Translations under genes and position numbers: made by a program
The notes under the pieces: model-generated
Told to the model about the DNA's origin: nothing
What the model saw: only the letters and a program-made list of their open reading frames with translations
The model's database searches: none
DNA from: an uncultured delta proteobacterium
GTDB lineage: Bacteria > Desulfobacterota > Binatia > UBA9968
Length of the DNA: 64,000 nt
Assembly: GCA_963771465.1 (NCBI GenBank)
Contig: CAVYTU010000017.1
Span: 256,001-320,000, forward strand
Direction: 5' to 3'
Shown here: piece after piece, positions 57,430 to 64,000 of the stretch
Position numbering within the stretch: the first letter of the stretch is position 1
Layout of the letters: every line of letters begins with the position of its first letter

Positions 57430-58599
57430 ATGAATTTAAAAGGGTTTATGCGTTTCAAAAAGCTGCTTGTTATGGTTGGATTCGGTGCCATCGTCGCGCT
57501 TCTATTATTCAGTTCGGAAGTTCGCTCGGCGAGCAGCGAGCTGGAGTTTAATCGTCGCGCTACGGCGACTGCCCAGCTGTTGGCCGGTATCACACCGAAC
57601 CCGCCGGAGCCGGCATTTTTCAAGTTCATCGAGCTCGATCCTTGGAAAGAGCATCAAAAATGGATGTCGACCCAGTGGGCGCTAGTGCGCGCCCGCTTGA
57701 ACATCGTGGAAAATTGGCGCGATCATGAAATCAAAATAGGCGGCGCGCACAAAAAAACCATGATCTACCCGTTCAGCGGTCCCGATTTCATCAATCCGTA
57801 CGCGCTGTTTCCAGACCATTCACGCTATGTCTTTTTCAGTTTGGAACGGCCCGGCTCATTACCGGACATGGAATCGGTGACGCCGGTTCAATTTGTGAAG
57901 TTGTTGAACGACGTGCGCGGCGCGTTTCGCGATATCTTCGAGCGCAATTATTTTATCACCTCTTATATGACCAAGCAGCTTACCACGCCGTGGGTGCGCG
58001 GCGCCGTGCCGGTGATGGCGACGATGATGGCGCTGATGAACCGCCGTATTGTGCGCATCGAGCCGATCGATCTATTTCCCGATTTGACCAAAGCGTACGA
58101 TACGCCGGAAGGTAAGCGGCCGCGCATGCTACTTCGCGGCGTGCGCATCGAGTTCGCCAACCCGGCAACTGCCGTAACGCAGCAGCTTTACTATTTCTCA
58201 ATGGATGCTACCGACAAGGCGCAAGAGTACTATCCTGATTTTCTCAATTGGGTTGGACAGCACAAACCCTCGACGGTGTTGCTCAAGTCGGCATCCTACT
58301 TGTTGCACGACGAACAATTTGCCAAAACTCGGGCGATGGTGTTGGAATCCGCCGATATCCTAGTCCAAGATGACACGGGTATACCTTATCGTTATCTCAA
58401 CCAAACGCCGTGGCATGTGAAGCTTTATGGCAAGTACCATAAACCGGTCAGACCGATGGGATACGCTTACCAGAAGGACTTAGACTTAGCCTTTAAGGAC
58501 AAGACGGTGACTGCGGACCTGCCTTTCTCGTTCGGTTATCATTGGCGCGGCAGTCAGTCTGGGTTAATTTTGGCGAATAAGGAACGCAGTTCCAATTAG
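57430..58599 (+). CDS. Hypothetical exported protein (YPFSGPD motif)
   Basis: Signal peptide. YPFSGPDF, NYFIT, KSASYLLH, QDDTGIPY and FGY motifs. Function not recognised. Confidence 0.75.
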   Translation: MNLKGFMRFKKLLVMVGFGAIVALLLFSSEVRSASSELEFNRRATATAQLLAGITPNPPEPAFFKFIELDPWKEHQKWMSTQWALVRARLNIVENWRDHEIKIGGAHKKTMIYPFSGPDFINPYALFPDHSRYVFFSLERPGSLPDMESVTPVQFVKLLNDVRGAFRDIFERNYFITSYMTKQLTTPWVRGAVPVMATMMALMNRRIVRIEPIDLFPDLTKAYDTPEGKRPRMLLRGVRIEFANPATAVTQQLYYFSMDATDKAQEYYPDFLNWVGQHKPSTVLLKSASYLLHDEQFAKTRAMVLESADILVQDDTGIPYRYLNQTPWHVKLYGKYHKPVRPMGYAYQKDLDLAFKDKTVTADLPFSFGYHWRGSQSGLILANKERSSN

Positions 58600-58636
58600 T
58601 CCGACTCAACAACTGCTCGGAGTTATTCTGCTGCTC

Positions 58637-59455
58637 ATGGCACAGAGCAGTGCCAGTCAAATCACACGGCTCGCGCTGGTCACCAGTGACGGCGTAACGC
58701 TTTCCGTCCTTGAATCCGGGCAGGTTCATGCGAAAAAGTCCCAGCTAAAAGTTGCCTTGATCCCCGGCTGGTCGATGCCGGCGACGATTTGGCAAAAACA
58801 GCTCGAACAATTTGGCCAGCGTTATCACACGCTCGCTCTCGATCCGCGCGGCCAGGGTGAGTCCCAGGTGCCCATCGATGGCTTTACCGCTGAGCGGCGC
58901 GCTACCGATCTCAAAGAGTTTCTCGAACCGCATTCGAATGTTTTACTGGTCGGCTGGTCCTTGGGCGCGCTCGAAGCGTTGCAGTATATCCATATGTTTG
59001 GCGCCGATCGGCTCGCCGGTTTGGTATTGGTCGACAGTTCGGTGGGCGAAGAGCCGGCGCCGCCGCCAGGCGGTACCTTCTTGCAATCACTGCGCGATGA
59101 CCGGGACAAAACTTTGGCGAAATTCGTTCGCGCCATCTTCAAGAGTCCGCGCAGCGATGCCCAAATCGGAGCGATGGTGCAGGGCGCCAAGAGAATGCCG
59201 GTTGAAAGCAGTATCGCGCTGTTGTCCTATCCGTTCGTGCGCACACACTGGAAAGAAATCGCGCACCGGTTTAATAAACCTTTGCTTTATGTCGTCACCC
59301 CGCAGTTCAAAGAGCAAGCGGGAAATCTGCAAAAGAATCGGCCGGGAACTCAAGTGGAAATTTTCAAAGACGCCGGCCACGCCCTTTTTGTCGACGAGCC
59401 GGTACGCTTCAACGAATTGATCCTGCGCTTTGCGCAAAGTCTCCTGCCTCGCTAA
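58637..59455 (+). CDS. Alpha/beta hydrolase (non-heme haloperoxidase-like)
   Basis: IPGW, DPRGQGES, GWSLG nucleophile, AGHALF. Confidence 0.9.
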   Translation: MAQSSASQITRLALVTSDGVTLSVLESGQVHAKKSQLKVALIPGWSMPATIWQKQLEQFGQRYHTLALDPRGQGESQVPIDGFTAERRATDLKEFLEPHSNVLLVGWSLGALEALQYIHMFGADRLAGLVLVDSSVGEEPAPPPGGTFLQSLRDDRDKTLAKFVRAIFKSPRSDAQIGAMVQGAKRMPVESSIALLSYPFVRTHWKEIAHRFNKPLLYVVTPQFKEQAGNLQKNRPGTQVEIFKDAGHALFVDEPVRFNELILRFAQSLLPR

Positions 59456-59500
59456 TTCCCGGTTCGTAATTTTATTTTACGCCTCAACGGCGCATTGTTG

Positions 59501-60542
59501 TCATTTCCGTTCCGATCGTTCATGCAGTTTGCGCCGGGCCTCGGTGAGAAAGCCGCTCTCTTCGAGGCCGCGGACGAAGGCCGGGTTGTTGAGTTGATTA
59601 ATGTCGACTTGAGTAACTTTGGGATTGATGCGCGCAACGATCCGTTGGACGATTTTCCATGCGGCCGGATCGGGCAACAGCTCGATGGTGGCCATCTGGG
59701 TCAGTACTTTGTACGACGCCGCGGCGTCTTCCAGACGGGGAAAGCGAAAGCTCTTGCGCAGAATCTCCGTGACGTCGGTCCTGGCGGCGGGATCGTGGAT
59801 CAACAGCACGCTATCGACGAGCCCCTTGAGCAACCGCGAGATCGATGTCGGACGAGTTCGACGGCGTGTCGCGCAAAAAACAAAGGGTCGTGCCTTGATA
59901 AGGAATCGGTAGTTTACCGATGTCGGCGAGAACATTGGCGCCGGCGCGCTTGGCCGCCTCGCTGAAGCTATACGGGATGACGGTGGCGTCGACGCCGCCG
60001 CTGCCAAGCGCCTGCGTGACCGTGGCGGTGTCGCCCAGGATGCGCATCTTGAGATCGTATTTGTCGGGATCGATGCCGAGGAAATCCAGCGCGATCATGG
60101 TTTGCAACCAAAAGCCGCCGCCGATGCTTTGCACGCCGAAGGTTTTGCCGCGCAAGTCTTCCAGCGTGCGGATTTCCTTTCTGGCGATCAATTCGCGGGG
60201 TATTTTTTGCACCGCGGAAGCGACGCACTGGAGGCGCATGCCGCCGGCCGCGGCGCTCAGCGCGTTGGCCGGCGAGCCGTAATTGTATTGCACCTGGCCC
60301 GAAGCGAGCGTGGACATGCTCAGAGAGCCATTGCGCAGCTGCACCATTCGGACGTCGAGGCCGTATTTCCTGAACGTGCCTCTCTCAATGCCGACCCACA
60401 TGGGCCCGACGGTTTCATTCTGGCCGGCATAGGCGACCAGAATCGGCGCCGGTGTTTGTGCGTAAACGGCGGGCAAATTTGCCAGCAGAGCGGTTGCCAC
60501 AAAGGCACCAAGGACCCAGGGGTGTCGGCGCTGTTTGCTCAT
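59501..60542 (-). CDS. NMT1/SsuA-like ABC substrate-binding protein, frameshifted near 59844
   Basis: GTFRKYGLDV, LEDLRGKTFGV in ORF 59811..60569. C-terminus ISRLLKGL...LEESGFL lies in ORF 59501..60007. Confidence 0.82.
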
Positions 60543-60663
60543 TACTTTCTCCCGCGGACAAAAAATCAAGATTAACCTCTGCGAACTCCCAATCCCTGCG
60601 CAAATTATTTCCCTACTAATTGTGGCGACGCCGAATTTACCGTTCCGCGTCCATCGAAAGCGG

Positions 60664-61206
60664 TCACTGGACCAAAACTTCGTCGATTTTATCGACTTCC
60701 TTCAAGCGGACTTCGACGTTGCCGCCGGTCGGCAAACTAATCTTCTTACCGACGTAGTTTGCCGCGATGGGTAGCTCGCGGCCGCCGCGGTCGACCATCA
60801 CGGCTAAGTGAATCATCCGCGGTCGACCGAGATCGATCAGATGATCCACAGCCGCGCGCACGGTGCGGCCGGTATTCAAGACGTCGTCGAACAGCACGAC
60901 GATCTTGTTGGCAATATCGAAGGGGATGCGCGTGTGATCGATGGTACCGCCGGGGAGCAGCGCGTTCAGGTCGTCGCGATAAAGCGTGATGTCCATCTCA
61001 CCGATGGGAATTTCTCTGCCGTGCCGTTTCTTGATGATCTCGGCGAGCCGCTTGGCCACGTAAGGGCCGCGGGTGCGGATGCCGATGAAGACGACTTGCT
61101 CGAGTGAGCCGTATTCTTTCGCCATCTCGCGGGCGAAGCGCTCGAAGATGGCTTTGACCTGGACGGAGTTGAGAATTCGTTTACTCTTGTTTTTAGAAGT
61201 TTTCAT
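60664..61206 (-). CDS. pyrR: Bifunctional pyr regulator/uracil phosphoribosyltransferase PyrR homolog
   Basis: GIRTRG, DITLYRDDL, DDVLNTGRTVRAA, DRGGRELPI. Confidence 0.88.
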   Translation of the reverse strand: MKTSKNKSKRILNSVQVKAIFERFAREMAKEYGSLEQVVFIGIRTRGPYVAKRLAEIIKKRHGREIPIGEMDITLYRDDLNALLPGGTIDHTRIPFDIANKIVVLFDDVLNTGRTVRAAVDHLIDLGRPRMIHLAVMVDRGGRELPIAANYVGKKISLPTGGNVEVRLKEVDKIDEVLVQ

Positions 61207-62492
61207 TGGCGACTCTGATCATGGTTTCCATCAGCAATTGGGTGCCCAGGCCGATATCGTCGGGATGCGTCCATTCGAGGGGGTTGTGGCTGATGCCGCG
61301 CTGGCTCGGAATAAAAATCATCGCCGCCGGCGTGATCTTGGCCATCTGCATGGCGTCATGACCGGCGCCGGACGGCATGATTTCATAGACGATTTGTTTC
61401 TCATGACAAATCTCTTTTGTCACGCGCAGCAAACGCTTGTCGAGGGGTACGGGATCTTCTTCGCGGATCGTGAGTATTTCGACGCCGATGGCGCGACTGC
61501 GGGCGATACTTTGCGCTTCATTCTTAACCATGCGCGCGACGCGATCTTTCGATTGGGCCGTAATGCTGCGGATGTCGACAGATAATTCCGCTTTCCCTGG
61601 CACGGCGTTGATCACGCCCGGTTCGATTTTCAAAGCGCCCGACCGTGCCGACGACACGGCCCTTCGCCATGGAAGAAAACTTGCGGCAAGTCTTTTCGAT
61701 AAACTCAATCAGCTGGGCCGCGGCGACCAGCGCATCTTTGCGCATCTCCATCGGCGTGGTGCCGGAGTGATCGGCTTGGCCCGTGAAAATAATTCTAAAT
61801 CGGCTCGGCGCGGCGATGGATGTCACCAGACCGATTCTCTTGCCGATCGCTTCGAGAATCGGTCCTTGCTCGATGTGCAGTTCAAAATAGGCTTTGAGTG
61901 TTTTCGGATCGCGCGTGAGCCCATGGAGCTTTTTCTGCGCGATGCCGAGGCTTGCCAGCACATCGGCGAGCTTTGTTCCTTGAGCATCTACGGCATTTGC
62001 CAATTCTTTCGGATGGACTTGGCCGGCGAGCAAACTGCTGCCGAGGGTAGAAAAACCGAACCGGCTCGACTCTTCGCCGACAAAACAGACGACTTCGAGC
62101 GGCGAGCGAATGACAATTCCGTTTTCACTGATCGTGCGAATCGCCTCCAGCGCGCCGATCACGCCCACCGGCCCGTCGTATTTGCCGCCATGAATCACGG
62201 TGTCGAGGTGCGACCCGGCGAGGACGGCGGGCGCCTTGGCATCAGCTCCCTCCAGGCGGCCGAAGATATTGCCGATGCCGTCGATGTGAATACTCAACCC
62301 AGCCTGGCGCATCATATGAATCAGCACCTGGCGGCTGCGCAGTTCTTTTACCGAGAAAACCAAGCGAGTGACCGCGCCGCGGTTGCCGATGCCGATACGT
62401 CCGATGGCGTTCAGATCGCGCATCAGACGGCGCTGATTGATGGTAGGTAAGGTGGACGGACGGCGTGCCGCCGCAGCGGGTATGCGTTTCAT
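61193..62492 (-). CDS. M20 Zn-dependent ureido-hydrolase (allantoate amidohydrolase/beta-ureidopropionase/N-carbamoylase), frameshifted near 61639
   Basis: GSHLDTV, GKYDG, GEE, ELHIEQGP, ADHSGTTPM. Then INAVPG, SGAGHDA, GISHNP in the second frame. Confidence 0.88.
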
Positions 62493-62685
62493 TCGGGCAC
62501 AGCTTATCAGTTTACGGCGTGGCTGAGAATTGATTTCTCCTTGCTTCGATAGGCCAGGCGATGCAATCGGGCGCAAGCTGATTCTCGTTGTCAGGCGGAC
62601 CAGCGCCATGTTAGAAGCGCTTCGTATGTAGAATTGCCGGGCCCCATAAAAATTACTCGTAACTTTTTCAGGGAGGTTAAGCGCC

Positions 62686-63675
62686 ATGGTAGCTACAAGA
62701 CTCTCCATGATTGCGGTCCTGGTGCTGTTGGCTTCCCCGGTGAGCGCTGAACCGATTCGCATCGCTTACTCCGGTGTGTCGGCGTCGGGCACGCCGGTTT
62801 GGCTCGCTAAGGAAGAAGGGATTTTTGCCAAGCATGGACTGGAAGCGGACCTTGTCGCCGTGCGTAGCGCGCCGCTGCAAGTCACGGCGCTGGTCTCCAA
62901 CGAAGTGCAGTTTGTTCGGGGCAGCGCTTCCAGTATGCTTACCGCGGCGGCGCAAGGGGCGAAGCTCAAGATCATCATGTCGCTGTTCGCTGAGCGGGCC
63001 TCCTATGATTTTCTAGTCGGGCCATCGATCACTAAACCTAGCGATTTGCGCGGCAAGAAAATCGGCGTACAGGACTTCAGCGGTCTGCTCTGGAGCCTCA
63101 CCATGCTGTCGCTGCGAGAGATGGGCCTCGATCCGCAAAAAGATAACATCAGCATCCAAGCGATCGGCGATAGCACCGTGATCGCGCAATCCCTGGCGAG
63201 CGGCATTATCGACGGCGCCGCGTTGGATAGATTGCAGTCGGCGCGACTGCAGGGACTGGGAGTCAAAGTGTTGTTGGACTTGAGCAAGATCGCTCTGCCG
63301 TCGAGCCCGTTCATGTGCGCCGAGGCTTTTATTCAAAAAAGTCCGCAGACCGTGGAGAACTTGATCAAAGCGCTGATCGAAGCCAGCGCAATCATGCGCG
63401 CGCAGAAAGAGCGCGGCCTCGCGATTCTGCAAAAACACATCAAGGTGGACCGCCAGCTCGCCGAGCTTGGCTACAAATTTTTGCTGGAGGATCTGACGTC
63501 CTATACTTTCGTCACCGTCAAGGGCTTGAAAACCGCCCAGGACATCATCGCCCTGCGCGATCCCAAAATCGCCAAGTTCAATGTCGAGGAACTTCTCGAT
63601 CAGCGTATTCTGACCAAGGTGGTGAAGAGCGGCTACGTCGAGGAGATCGAGAGGAGATACAAGCTGCGGTCTTAA
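62686..63675 (+). CDS. NMT1/SsuA-like ABC substrate-binding protein
   Basis: Signal peptide, IRIAYS, GIFAKHGLE, DLRGKKIGV. Confidence 0.88.
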   Translation: MVATRLSMIAVLVLLASPVSAEPIRIAYSGVSASGTPVWLAKEEGIFAKHGLEADLVAVRSAPLQVTALVSNEVQFVRGSASSMLTAAAQGAKLKIIMSLFAERASYDFLVGPSITKPSDLRGKKIGVQDFSGLLWSLTMLSLREMGLDPQKDNISIQAIGDSTVIAQSLASGIIDGAALDRLQSARLQGLGVKVLLDLSKIALPSSPFMCAEAFIQKSPQTVENLIKALIEASAIMRAQKERGLAILQKHIKVDRQLAELGYKFLLEDLTSYTFVTVKGLKTAQDIIALRDPKIAKFNVEELLDQRILTKVVKSGYVEEIERRYKLRS

Positions 63676-63859
63676 CAGAAGTGTTTGATTCTGCGTCGTT
63701 GTGTTTCGAACAACAGCGTACGGTGGAGAAAGACAACCGCTTTGAAGGAACGATCTAGCAAATTCCCAAGACATCTCCTTTGCGCTCTCACGCGAACGCG
63801 AGAAACTTGCTGTTAGACTGACATATTGACGTTGCCACGATACGAATGAGGACAATACG

Positions 63860-63889
63860 TTGACAAAGAGACTCGGAGCAAGCTACGTT
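63860..63889 (+). promoter_or_regulatory. Putative sigma70 promoter for a gene starting at 63996 (beyond the window)
   Basis: TTGACA-N18-TACGTT. Downstream AGGAG SD and ATG at 63996. Confidence 0.4.
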
Positions 63890-64000
63890 CCCCCGAGAAA
63901 ACGTTGCAAGGCAAAGTCATTTCGAGGGTCTCACGATAGCAACGCGATATTCATTCTTAAACGGATCGAGTGTCTCAAATTACAGGAGATAAATCATGAA

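Overview
A GC-rich bacterial chromosomal window. It is dominated by ABC substrate-binding proteins, MFS transporters and catabolic hydrolases. This gene mix resembles Candidatus Binatota or related deltaproteobacteria-like soil lineages, but that is an inference only. Layout: (i) 0.8-15.8 kb is an uptake/catabolism cluster with an M24-fold enzyme, an alpha/beta hydrolase, two paralogous Tat-exported family-5 SBPs, two paralogous LVIVD beta-propellers each carrying a sigma70 region-3-like insertion, an Fe3+/polyamine-type ABC system and DppBC permeases. (ii) 15.9-23.6 kb holds an MFS, an EmrAB-type pump, a cupin, an SBP and an amidohydrolase-fold protein, with a strongly base-paired ~300-nt leader at 21.2-21.5 kb. 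(iii) 23.9-38.6 kb is a stress-island-like block: microproteins, GT4 fusion plus GH130 plus phosphomannomutase, CarD, Crp/Fnr, desaturase, MlaC and FtsH. (iv) Three tandem MFS paralogs, then sulfur and general metabolism genes. (v) A gene-free ~410-nt region at 56.0-56.4 kb has a promoter-like element, nested long-range helices and an intrinsic terminator; it is the best candidate for an undescribed structured RNA. (vi) A ureido-hydrolase/pyrR/NMT1-SBP module. Several REP-like intergenic repeat families recur. Six genes are broken, mostly by +1 single-base insertions that look like sequencing error. I saw no tRNA, rRNA, CRISPR array, integrase or transposase. All RNA structures were read by eye, not computed.
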